From a virus (lineage: Duplodnaviria; Caudoviricetes): 53,130 nucleotides of DNA. The first letter of the stretch is position 1; the number at the start of each line of letters is the position of its first letter. Shown one piece after another: positions 36,283 through 45,409 of the stretch. The position numbers and the translations under genes are program-made. A model generated the notes under the pieces. That model was given only the letters and a program-made list of their open reading frames with translations, searched no databases and was not told the DNA's origin. The DNA lies in IMG/VR virus record IMGVR_UViG_3300030430_003035, positions 1 through 53,130 of that record. The stretch is one strand, 5' to 3'.

Positions 36283-39200
36283 ATGAACCACGAAAAACTA
36301 TTACAAGCACTTGAAGATGCTTATAACAAAGGTGTAACCTTTGAGCAAATGCAAGGAAAACTTAGTGATGAAGTATTGGTTGTCGCTGAAGATTTTTTTT
36401 CAAAAAAAAAAGCCAGTACCGAAGATTCTCAAATCGCCAGTCCTTCGGTATTAGTATCAGAGCCTTCGGTAAGAAGTACGGGTTCACTCTCTACTCAACT
36501 CGAATCTGACTCTCAGGCGATTAACAAAGGGCTTCTTGATGCATTAGAAGGAGCAAAGAATAAAGGGATAGGTCTTGATCAGTTGCAGGCAAAACTATCT
36601 CCAGAGGTTTTTAATATAGCACAGCAGTATTACGGCACACTAGATTCAGAAAGACCTCATACTCGTACCATGAGGGAGCACCCTTTGATTATAGACGACA
36701 ACCCAAGCGAAATAGGTAGACTCTGGAATCGAGCAGTAGCAGGAGGTATCCTTGCTAATGAGATAGCAATGGGTGAGCAAAGCCAAGCGGGTATGGATTA
36801 TGAAAAGATTGCATACTTAAACAGCATTATACAAAGAGATGCTGTGCGAGATTCAGATTATTTATACGATGAATCAGGAAGCGCTGTAGATGATTTTGTA
36901 TTAGATGTAATACGAACAATACCTGAGTCCTTAATCTCAATGGCTACAGCGATTAAACCGGGTATTGAAGGCCTCGCTGCAGGTGTCGGTGTAGGAACAG
37001 GTGTAGGTTTAGCCGGTGGTCCTCTTGCAGGTATAACTGTTCCTGTTGCTGCAGGTGTCGGTGCAACTTCAGGATACTTTGGGGCAACCTCTCTTGCTTT
37101 AGAGTATGGTCATTCTATTATGGATGTTCTTAGAGAGGAAGGTGTAGATGTAACAGACCCGCAGGTATTGGCTGATGCTGTAGAAAACGAGCAGATAATG
37201 AAGAAAGCCAGAAGCAAGGGATTAAAGAGAGGTATACCTATTGGTATATTTGATGCTGTTTCCGGTGGCGTAGCAGGTAAGATTGGTAAAACAGTAGTAA
37301 AATCAGTAAGTAAATCTGCAAGAAATCAAGCAGCAAAGGTACTTGCAGCAGAAACATTAGTACAAGCGGGTCTTGGTGGTGGTGGTGAACTGACAGGTCA
37401 ACTTGTAGCAGGAGAAGAAATCCGTCCACGAGACATTGCTTTAGAGGCGTTCGCTGAGATAGGTCCTGCCGCACCTGTGATGGCTTACAGGCTTGCGGGA
37501 AGGATAGGGAAAACTCCCGGAGAAATAGGATACATAGATTGGGCTGAAACACAAAACCAATCAGACTTAAAAGATGCAAATGAAGTTGCCTTTCTTATAA
37601 ACAACGGAGAGATAGCAAGCATTGATAACGAAATAGCCAAACTAAGAGAGTCTCAACAAAAAGACCCTACTGTCAAAAAAGCGGTAGAAGGAAAGATTCG
37701 CAGGTTACGAGATGAAAAGTACGACCTACTAAGAGACTTATCTGAACAGGTATTAAAATTAGACGAGCAACAAAAAATACAGGCAGCAGAACTGTCTAAA
37801 GAAATATATACAGCGGCAGAGGTTTTAAGAAAAGCAGATAACCTTTCAGTAGAAGAACAGGCTGCTATTGAGGAAGAAATGCAGTCAAACTCAAAAGCAT
37901 TAGACGATTTAGTAGCCGCTAAACCAAGACAAGTAAGAGATGATCAGGAAGATAGGGCCGAAGAAGTACCGGGTACTCAGCAAGAAAGGCAAGAACTTGG
38001 GGACGTACCCGAGTCGCAAACAAGCAGAGCAAAGGCTCAGATTAGTGGAATACTTCAAGCGCGCGAGGAAGACCTAGGGCGCAGTTCAAGACACATTAGT
38101 ATTAATCAGGCTCGTCAAAAGTTTGAAGGAAACAAGAAAGGTTTCTTTAATCTATTTGACAAGAACGATGCAGGCGCTCTAAGACAAATGCTTGATGAAG
38201 GAGTATATCCAGACGGCACAAGAATATCGCCTCTCGAGCAACGTACTCTTGCAAGATTAATTCTTGCAAGTGAGTCTATGCTTAAACTTGAACCTGATGC
38301 CGCTGTTTTTAATGTTGGCTTTGGAAGAAGAGGGTATAAGAAAGCCGGTAAAAATGCAGGATTTGCTTCTAATCAGTTAAAGGGCAGTGCAGCAATCACA
38401 TCTGGTTTTAAAAGAGAAAAAACTGATGTTCCAAACAAAATTGCAGTTGAAATACCTTTAAAAGAAAGCACTCTTGAGGGAAGAGGAACACAAGATAGAT
38501 TTACACCACAAGGCGCAGCATACCATGAAATATATCACAACATTTTTGCAAAGTTTTTTAATGGCAACCCAATTGATTTCAATCAGTTTAGAAAGTTAAT
38601 TGTACGCAGACTCAAGGAATCCAATGTAAAAGAATTAAATGCTTTTACGAATAGGTATTTAGAAAGAGAAGATGAAACTAGCGCGGGAGCCTATAGGTCT
38701 GAAGAGTTTATGGTTGAACTTGGAGGTCTACTTGCAGATGAACGTATTGCTTTTGAGCCTTCTTTTTTAGAAGAAGTAAAGGCTTTTTTAAACGCTGTAG
38801 TTGGCAAACTTACAGGACAACGTGTTCAGATTTTTGAGGACGCTGCTCTTGCTAAAGACCTTGCTGCTTATATGACCGGACTTGCAGATACGGTTCGTGC
38901 AGGCGGAGACCTTAGTCAGGTAACTATGTCTGAAAGATTAAAAACAGATAGATTTCAAAGAAGAAGACCAGAAACAAAAGAAGTAACAGAAGTTGATGAG
39001 TTTGGATTTGAAAAGCCTACTGGAGAAATGGAGACAACACCAAGCGAGAATGTTGCGGGTATTCCAGATCCCGAGAACTACGACAAAACGCTTGACCCTT
39101 TGGAAAAAGTTCTTGGGTTTATTAAGCCAAGAATGGAAAACTTTCTTAAAAGACTTGAGAAAACATTAGGGGTAGACAGATTAAGAGCCACACGTCGTGA

Positions 39201-42060
39201 TGTATTACAAGCACTAGAGGTTTCCGAATCAATTAATGTACAACATATCAACAGATTTTTCTTAGCGCTACGTCAGGTAAACAAAATCACAAATAAACTT
39301 TCAGATTCTGAACGAGAGCAGGCGGCAAATCTTGCTAACGATTACTTGTTTGGAGAAAACAATGAGATACGAGAATCAGCCCTTAACGACTTAATAAAAA
39401 TAAATCCAGAGTTGGCAAATCAACTTGGAAGATTGCGAGCAGTGCGTGCGTCTATGCAAGAGTCTATTCAGAACAGTTCTGTGTTTGCAAAACTAAGCAC
39501 AGAATTACAGGATGTAATCATAGATAATACAGCGAATTACGGTACAAGAACTTATCGTGCGTTCACTGACCCGAACTTTAAGTTTGACCCCAAGTTACGC
39601 AGAGCCGCGTATAAGGCAATGATAGAAGGCAAGATAGCAGAAAGGGGTTATGATATTGACGAGAACATGACTGAAAAAATTGAACGGGAGATGAGAAAAA
39701 ATGACCTTGACCCCACGAATATGGACGATATTTTTCGTTATGTTGAGTTTAATGAAAAAGAAATAAATGCCATAAGAAAAAGCGCAAACAATGCCTTGAG
39801 GGCTCTTGAGGAAGCGGCTGAAAAACAAAAAGGAAGTTACGGAGAAGGGCTTTCAGGTTCTAGAGACTTAGGTAAAATGAGAATACCTACAAAAAAGTTA
39901 CGAGAAAGAAAAGACCTTCCTGTAGAACTAATGGATTACCTTGGTGTAGAGAAAGACCCTTACATCAAGTTTAGTCAAACCATTGCTACGCTGACAAATA
40001 TGGTGCAACAGTTTACGCTTACAGATAGGGTAAACGAAATCGCACAGCAAAGCAATCTTGGAGATTTGATTATCACAAAAAGTGTGATTCAAAAACTTGA
40101 AAAGGACTTGCTTTCGTTTTCAAAACTTGTAGATTTAGGGAGAGACACTGGGCTTATACAAAAAGGAGAAAGTCTTGTAGATTTTTACAAAAGAGTTGGT
40201 TTAGATGAACTTGTTGATCAGGATGGAAACCGAATCAAAGACAGCAAAGCAGAAAGAGATGGGATGTATTCGGCTGTATACGATTACTTCAAGAAAAACT
40301 ACACTGTAATTACAGAGAAAAAATCACCAATGAACGGTAAGGCAGTGAAGAATGACTTCGCAGGTATGCTTAAGCAGACTCCGCTGTATCAATCTGACAG
40401 CAAAGCACTACAGGCGTATTATAAACTGCTTTTGCAAATGCGTAGAGTACGTGTCCTGTATAACCTACCGACATGGAGAAAGAATATCATGGGTGGTTGG
40501 TACTTCTTGGGTGCTAACTTCGTATTGCCTTACAACAAACACAGAGGAGGCCTTACTGTAATGAAAGATTTACAGAATCGTTTTAAGAAAATGAAAGATG
40601 GTGTTGCAGACCCTGAAGTAGAGACAGTGTTAAACAGAATGGGGGAACTTGGGCTTCTTGGCTCATCTCCAAATATGGGTTTGTTTACAGATATTAATCA
40701 ATCTTTTATAGACCAACTCAATGGAGTGTCTCCAGAGGTTGCTTGGAAATGGTTGCCTGAAGGATTAAAACAAGCACAGAGAAAGATGGGTACCCGTGCT
40801 GCACGTATTGCCTATCAGTATGGATTTATTGATGATTATACCAAGATGATTGCATACCTCACGAAACGTGAAAACTTTGCAAAAAGACTAGCATCTAATC
40901 CAGAAGGTAAATCATACGGTGAATTAAGCGCATCAGAGCAACAGCAAGTAGATGAGATGACAGCAGAGCGCATTAAACAGAACATGCCTACGATGTCTCG
41001 TATTCATCCTGCTTTTAGAAACTTATTTAAAACACCTTTCGGAGACTTCTTGTCTTTCCGTGTTGAGGCGTTCCGTAGTTTCTTTAGTATATATAAAAAT
41101 GCAGTTGCAGATTTAAGCGAGGCAATGACTAATCAGAACCTCTCAAAATCTCAAAGGTCTGCTTTTATGACCGATGGGGTTGGCTCATTAACTATGGGTA
41201 TATTGCTTGCAGGTGCCTCTACAATGGGTTATCAAGCGGTAGCAAATTTAATTTTAGAAGACGATGAGGAGGAAGAACTTGGCCAACAAGCGAGAGGTAC
41301 CAATTATATTCTCCCCCCTTGGATGCAGGGCTCTAATATTGTCGCTGTAGATATGGATGACAAGGGAAAGATTCGTTTCGCAAACATCAGTTCAGAAGAC
41401 CCCTATGATGAAATACAGGGGCTTATTTATGGTCGTGAAGGAATATCAAGAAACAAGACCCTTACAAATATTGCTCAGGATTTCAGTGACCCTAACCTTG
41501 CAGCGAGACTTCTGTTTAATTTAGCAGACGGCAAGGATTCTTATGGAAGGCCAATACTCAACAATCAAGATGTTGGTTGGTTTAACAGATACGTTATCGG
41601 GCCATCATTAACAGAGTGGTCAGACGCTTATGGGTCCTATATATTTAAGGAAGCATTCGTGCCTCCAAATATTAATTATATCGCTCGTGAGTTTCGTAAG
41701 CGCATAAAAGAAGCAGAAGAAAATCCAGACATAGAACTGCAACCATTAGAGACAGCAGCACAATTGTCTACAGCGATTATCTTCCGTGACTATCCTGTAG
41801 ATATAGCAAAGCAATTTTACTACAACATGCAGGACCAAAACTTCCGTGAGCCATACACCGAACTAACAGAACCACAAAAAGTAAACAGACAGGCAAGGTT
41901 AGACGAAGTTAAAAGAGCCTACGAGTTTGCAGCAAATTACTCAGCAAAGTTTGATAATTTTAATATTGTGAAAAGCGTAGAGAGAACGATTAAAAGAACG
42001 TTTTCCAAGAGCCCAGAGGAAGAAATGTACATTCTGTACGACATAGAACTTCCTAACTAA
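36283..42060 (+). CDS. Large ejection/cargo protein with zincin-like HExxH metallopeptidase motif
   Basis: 1925 aa; Gly/Ala hydrophobic segment, AYHEIYH...SEEF, duplicated N-terminal module. Confidence 0.68.
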   Translation: MNHEKLLQALEDAYNKGVTFEQMQGKLSDEVLVVAEDFFSKKKASTEDSQIASPSVLVSEPSVRSTGSLSTQLESDSQAINKGLLDALEGAKNKGIGLDQLQAKLSPEVFNIAQQYYGTLDSERPHTRTMREHPLIIDDNPSEIGRLWNRAVAGGILANEIAMGEQSQAGMDYEKIAYLNSIIQRDAVRDSDYLYDESGSAVDDFVLDVIRTIPESLISMATAIKPGIEGLAAGVGVGTGVGLAGGPLAGITVPVAAGVGATSGYFGATSLALEYGHSIMDVLREEGVDVTDPQVLADAVENEQIMKKARSKGLKRGIPIGIFDAVSGGVAGKIGKTVVKSVSKSARNQAAKVLAAETLVQAGLGGGGELTGQLVAGEEIRPRDIALEAFAEIGPAAPVMAYRLAGRIGKTPGEIGYIDWAETQNQSDLKDANEVAFLINNGEIASIDNEIAKLRESQQKDPTVKKAVEGKIRRLRDEKYDLLRDLSEQVLKLDEQQKIQAAELSKEIYTAAEVLRKADNLSVEEQAAIEEEMQSNSKALDDLVAAKPRQVRDDQEDRAEEVPGTQQERQELGDVPESQTSRAKAQISGILQAREEDLGRSSRHISINQARQKFEGNKKGFFNLFDKNDAGALRQMLDEGVYPDGTRISPLEQRTLARLILASESMLKLEPDAAVFNVGFGRRGYKKAGKNAGFASNQLKGSAAITSGFKREKTDVPNKIAVEIPLKESTLEGRGTQDRFTPQGAAYHEIYHNIFAKFFNGNPIDFNQFRKLIVRRLKESNVKELNAFTNRYLEREDETSAGAYRSEEFMVELGGLLADERIAFEPSFLEEVKAFLNAVVGKLTGQRVQIFEDAALAKDLAAYMTGLADTVRAGGDLSQVTMSERLKTDRFQRRRPETKEVTEVDEFGFEKPTGEMETTPSENVAGIPDPENYDKTLDPLEKVLGFIKPRMENFLKRLEKTLGVDRLRATRRDVLQALEVSESINVQHINRFFLALRQVNKITNKLSDSEREQAANLANDYLFGENNEIRESALNDLIKINPELANQLGRLRAVRASMQESIQNSSVFAKLSTELQDVIIDNTANYGTRTYRAFTDPNFKFDPKLRRAAYKAMIEGKIAERGYDIDENMTEKIEREMRKNDLDPTNMDDIFRYVEFNEKEINAIRKSANNALRALEEAAEKQKGSYGEGLSGSRDLGKMRIPTKKLRERKDLPVELMDYLGVEKDPYIKFSQTIATLTNMVQQFTLTDRVNEIAQQSNLGDLIITKSVIQKLEKDLLSFSKLVDLGRDTGLIQKGESLVDFYKRVGLDELVDQDGNRIKDSKAERDGMYSAVYDYFKKNYTVITEKKSPMNGKAVKNDFAGMLKQTPLYQSDSKALQAYYKLLLQMRRVRVLYNLPTWRKNIMGGWYFLGANFVLPYNKHRGGLTVMKDLQNRFKKMKDGVADPEVETVLNRMGELGLLGSSPNMGLFTDINQSFIDQLNGVSPEVAWKWLPEGLKQAQRKMGTRAARIAYQYGFIDDYTKMIAYLTKRENFAKRLASNPEGKSYGELSASEQQQVDEMTAERIKQNMPTMSRIHPAFRNLFKTPFGDFLSFRVEAFRSFFSIYKNAVADLSEAMTNQNLSKSQRSAFMTDGVGSLTMGILLAGASTMGYQAVANLILEDDEEEELGQQARGTNYILPPWMQGSNIVAVDMDDKGKIRFANISSEDPYDEIQGLIYGREGISRNKTLTNIAQDFSDPNLAARLLFNLADGKDSYGRPILNNQDVGWFNRYVIGPSLTEWSDAYGSYIFKEAFVPPNINYIAREFRKRIKEAEENPDIELQPLETAAQLSTAIIFRDYPVDIAKQFYYNMQDQNFREPYTELTEPQKVNRQARLDEVKRAYEFAANYSAKFDNFNIVKSVERTIKRTFSKSPEEEMYILYDIELPN
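37940..38077 (+). CDS. Nested +1-frame 45-aa basic protein (MIRKIGPKKYRVLSKKGKNLGTYPSRKQAEQRLRLVEYFKRARKT)
   Basis: Translated by hand; resembles the small MIRK...GKNLGTY..R..A..RL..VEYFK family; host frame is low-complexity here. Confidence 0.7.
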   Translation: MIRKIGPKKYRVLSKKGKNLGTYPSRKQAEQRLRLVEYFKRARKT

Positions 42061-42066
42061 TATTCT

Positions 42067-42074
42067 TATATTTG
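42067..42074 (+). promoter_or_regulatory. TAnnTTTG promoter box, 4 nt before ATG
   Basis: TATATTTG-TAAA-ATG. Confidence 0.7.
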
Positions 42075-42078
42075 TAAA

Positions 42079-42312
42079 ATGAGTTGGAAAGAAATATTTA
42101 AAGACAGCAATGATTGGAACGAGAAATCTATTCTCGGAGCACTATCTTTTGCTGTAATGGTTTGCGTAATGGTACTAGATCTGGTAACCGGAGCGTTTGG
42201 AAAAGATTTAGTAATAAACGAAAGTGTTTACAATTCCTTTGTGATTACAACTATTGGCTGTTTCGGAATAGCGGGAATAGAAAAATTTGCTAAATCTGAT
42301 GGCGAAAAATAG
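42079..42312 (+). CDS. Two-TM holin-like protein
   Basis: 77 aa, two hydrophobic helices, charged termini. Confidence 0.55.
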   Translation: MSWKEIFKDSNDWNEKSILGALSFAVMVCVMVLDLVTGAFGKDLVINESVYNSFVITTIGCFGIAGIEKFAKSDGEK

Positions 42313-42580
42313 TGAAATATCAGAAGACACTGTAGTAGGTCTATCTCTAAAAACTATTGCCCTAATTATCAGCGGTGCGGTAATCGTTAGTCTTGGATAC
42401 TTTGATTTAAAAGCAGATGTTCAAGAAGCAAAGGAACTACCTGAGCCTGCGATAGGCAGAACAGAGTATGACCTAAAGGACCAACTGATCAGGGAAACCA
42501 TCATGAATACGAAGTCTGATGTTGATGAAATAAAAATTCAACTAGACAAAATAGAACGTAGACTTTTTGAAATGAAATGA
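42299..42580 (+). CDS. Single-TM protein with C-terminal coiled coil
   Basis: TM at about residues 15-35, then EYDLKDQLIR...LDKIERRL. Confidence 0.65.
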   Translation: MAKNSEISEDTVVGLSLKTIALIISGAVIVSLGYFDLKADVQEAKELPEPAIGRTEYDLKDQLIRETIMNTKSDVDEIKIQLDKIERRLFEMK

Positions 42581-42909
42581 AAAGAGTAGCGCTATCCATA
42601 GCATTTTTTTTGCTGTGTGCCTTTAGTATTCCAACAAAAGGCTTGGTGATAGTGCAGTATAACGCTGAGTTTAATTCTAGCAACAGCGTGCCTCTAAAGA
42701 AAATAAATGATGCTCGTGTTATTGATGCATGGATAGACAATGCTGACGTCAAAGATTACGCCAAAATAAAATCCGTTCCTACAATAATTCTTTATCAAAA
42801 CGGAAAAGAAATAAAACGATGGGAGTCTGGTCTTTCATTGAGCCTTTCTATAACACACAAAGATGTGCAGGAAATTATTGATGAAATTACCGGCGCAAGC
42901 AGATTCTAA
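42577..42909 (+). CDS. Exported thioredoxin-fold protein lacking CxxC
   Basis: Signal peptide; IKSVPTIILYQNGKEIKRW thioredoxin cis-Pro region; YNAEFN occupies the active-site position. Confidence 0.7.
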   Translation: MKRVALSIAFFLLCAFSIPTKGLVIVQYNAEFNSSNSVPLKKINDARVIDAWIDNADVKDYAKIKSVPTIILYQNGKEIKRWESGLSLSLSITHKDVQEIIDEITGASRF

Positions 42910-42910
42910 A

Positions 42911-43990
42911 ATGAGAAATATACTAATTACTTTTTTCGTGCTGTATTCTGCAGTATTACAAGCCCAAAAAATAGGTGGTATTTTTAAGTACGCAACAGTT
43001 TACACAAGCGCGTTCGCCTCTACACCCGCTCCCGCAAGAACACAATACTACATAAACCAAATGGGTGAGATAAAGGATATCACTGTAGAGAATCCTTATG
43101 ATTATACGGTCACCTACGGGATTAGAAGGGTGGCTAGATACGAGTATGAAAATAGACGTAACAGATTCTACGATGGACAAACTGAATCTACCATATCTCT
43201 AAATGCGACAGTAGGTAGTGTAAAAGGTTTTGAATATCTCGCTCAATACGACAGAGGAAGACAACAAGGAAGAGAGTATGAGAATCAAAGATACTTCCTT
43301 AGATACATTGCAAAGCATTGGCTCGTAAAAGGCGAATACTTTTCTCAAGGTTTGGTAAACTTAAAATATGGACAGACAGATGCAAGACTTAGAATGCACG
43401 TTGGAAAAGTTGACTTTAGCATCGGTATCGCTTCAAGGCAGAACAAGCCATACGGGTACAATCCTGTTGAAGAATTGCTTGATTCAATTCCTTGGTTTGC
43501 ATTCGCCTATGGTCAAGGGTTCTCTGACTTCATGTATGGAATAGACAACAACCTCAACGACAGCATAGACGATTACGATTGGAGATGGGAAGACTTTGAG
43601 GGCAATGAGATAGCCGATAGTGATGAAGATTTTAGAAGACACGTTTTCCCAGATCTGATGAAAAGATACAACAGAGACGTGCTTGACAGCATAGGGTATT
43701 TAGGCTCCTTGTCTGGTATAGCAGGCATAGACTACTATCATTACAGCGAAAAGTTTTGGATACACACCTGGGCAAGCCTATTGTTTTTGCACCAACATGT
43801 AGTAGGAGATGAAGAGTTTTCTTACAATAACTACATAGACGGAAACCAATGGTTCGATTACACAGCGGGCGCTGTATTAGGTTGGAAACTAGGTAAGAAT
43901 TGGGGTGTATTCGGAGAAGGTCAGATAACTAGGTATTGGGACAGACAAGTCTTTGGATTAAGAGCAGGTATAAACTATCAGTTTAGGTAA
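42911..43990 (+). CDS. Putative outer-membrane beta-barrel protein
   Basis: Signal peptide (..VLQA/Q), aromatic alternating strands, C-terminal beta-signal-like LRAGINYQFR. Confidence 0.68.
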   Translation: MRNILITFFVLYSAVLQAQKIGGIFKYATVYTSAFASTPAPARTQYYINQMGEIKDITVENPYDYTVTYGIRRVARYEYENRRNRFYDGQTESTISLNATVGSVKGFEYLAQYDRGRQQGREYENQRYFLRYIAKHWLVKGEYFSQGLVNLKYGQTDARLRMHVGKVDFSIGIASRQNKPYGYNPVEELLDSIPWFAFAYGQGFSDFMYGIDNNLNDSIDDYDWRWEDFEGNEIADSDEDFRRHVFPDLMKRYNRDVLDSIGYLGSLSGIAGIDYYHYSEKFWIHTWASLLFLHQHVVGDEEFSYNNYIDGNQWFDYTAGAVLGWKLGKNWGVFGEGQITRYWDRQVFGLRAGINYQFR

Positions 43991-44406
43991 TGAAATGGCT
44001 AATCGGATTAACTATGACGCTCTTATTAAGCAGTTGTGGGGCGAAGTACCACTTAAAAAGAGCGATAAAGAAAGACCCAAGTATACTAACCGTAGACACA
44101 ATTGCTGTGGTGGATACAATTGTAACTGCACCGGTGTTAGTGCGTGATACTATCACGTTAAATAAACAAGATACCATCACAATCACTAAGGATAAATTAA
44201 AAGTAAAATTAATTAGGTCTTACGATACTATACAGGTTGACGCTGTGTGCGAGTCTGATACTATAGTTCGTGTGATAGAGGTTCCTACGCCCTCTATTGT
44301 GTTGAAGGACAGCGACAAGTGGTACAACAAGGTGTACAAGTTTTCTTTTTGGTTTTTGTTACTGCTTCTATCCTTTCTGTTTGTAAAAAAGAAATTACTT
44401 TCTTAA
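43990..44406 (+). CDS. Candidate unimolecular spanin
   Basis: Lipobox LSSC, beta-rich DT repeats and a C-terminal TM helix (T1 gp11-like topology). Confidence 0.65.
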   Translation: MKWLIGLTMTLLLSSCGAKYHLKRAIKKDPSILTVDTIAVVDTIVTAPVLVRDTITLNKQDTITITKDKLKVKLIRSYDTIQVDAVCESDTIVRVIEVPTPSIVLKDSDKWYNKVYKFSFWFLLLLLSFLFVKKKLLS

Positions 44407-44505
44407 TTAAGAGCCGCAGGCTTCGCAATCTTCTGGGTTTTCAAAGTTACAAGTTGGTTGCTCTGCGGACGCTAAGTCCTCTACGAATTTGTCGAAGTCT
44501 TCCAT
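44407..44505 (-). CDS. 32-aa peptide resembling the RNR alpha-subunit C-terminal redox tail (MEDFDKFVEDLASAEQPTCNFENPEDCEACGS)
   Basis: Translated by hand; AT-rich leader; C-x2-EN-x3-CxxCGS end. Confidence 0.7.
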   Translation of the reverse strand: MEDFDKFVEDLASAEQPTCNFENPEDCEACGS

Positions 44506-44568
44506 ATTATAGATAAAAAATTGGTTATATCCCACTGACTTGTGGGGGCATCGAAGATACCATAATTA

Positions 44569-44913
44569 TTAATAGCGAAACCCCTTGAAACCTATTAGAT
44601 GTAATGTAGTTTCTATCAAATGTGCGAGTTTAACTTTCTTTGTTTTCAGTACAATAAATGCATGCTTTACATTCTTGCCTTTATTTTTGTGGCTTAGTAT
44701 GCGCCTGTTATAATTCTTAGTCATTCCTACATACCTTTCTTTTGGTAAATAGTAGATTATAAACTCTCCCTCAACCTTTCCGTCGTTTTGTTTTTTCTTG
44801 CATTGCTTACAATATCTTTGAATACGCAAAGGTCTGCTCCGGTCTACATGAAACTCGGAGCGGTCTTTTTCTATTTTACACTTACTACATTTTTGCGTTG
44901 GGGGATAATTCAT
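44569..44913 (-). CDS. Zn-finger plus GIY-YIG-like endonuclease
   Basis: CSKC..F...YCKQC, then IIYY..RYVGMT.NY.RR..H. Confidence 0.65.
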   Translation of the reverse strand: MNYPPTQKCSKCKIEKDRSEFHVDRSRPLRIQRYCKQCKKKQNDGKVEGEFIIYYLPKERYVGMTKNYNRRILSHKNKGKNVKHAFIVLKTKKVKLAHLIETTLHLIGFKGFRY

Positions 44914-45409
44914 AGTAAGGTGAATAAGCCTTCGTAACTACGTTCCATGAGCGTACTTGATCTGGAGAAAAGTTTGAAAGAAGGTATGTGTCTGGGGAAG
45001 TGAACATAATGAATATTACTATGTCTGCTTCTTCGATATCTATTGCTCTCTTGTTTGCCTTAAATGTTTTCTCGCAAGTCTTTACACTGATTCTGTAGGT
45101 TTCCTTAGAAGAATAAGCAATAATGTCTGAGTCGTCGGTTATGTCGTCTTGTTTCTTTAATAAAGTAGACGCTGTATATCTTACTATCTCATCACTCGTT
45201 TCTAAATAATGCCTAACAAGTAACTCTCCAAGTATGCCTACGTAATCCGTATAGTAATCTCTAGGCACGGAGCCTAAAAGGGTAGAGTCTTTAAATCCCG
45301 GCCTGTGCTTATGTGTGCCCTCATACCTTTCTTTGTTATCCTTGACTCTAATTGTGGTCAGGCCGTGAGCATAGTTCTTTAGATATGGCGGTATGTTTAG
45401 GGTTTTCAT
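44885..45409 (-). CDS. PD-(D/E)XK-like nuclease
   Basis: GILGELLV...SDI...ISVKT pattern. Confidence 0.5.
   Translation of the reverse strand: MKTLNIPPYLKNYAHGLTTIRVKDNKERYEGTHKHRPGFKDSTLLGSVPRDYYTDYVGILGELLVRHYLETSDEIVRYTASTLLKKQDDITDDSDIIAYSSKETYRISVKTCEKTFKANKRAIDIEEADIVIFIMFTSPDTYLLSNFSPDQVRSWNVVTKAYSPYYELSPNAKM

Noticed and set aside
14371-42060. Stop-codon reassignment as in some crAss-like phages
   Set aside because: Genes are full length in the standard code, and TAG, TGA and TAA all end genes
36283-42060. Virion RNA polymerase
   Set aside because: No DxDxD-type catalytic motif recognised, and host-type promoters are used throughout
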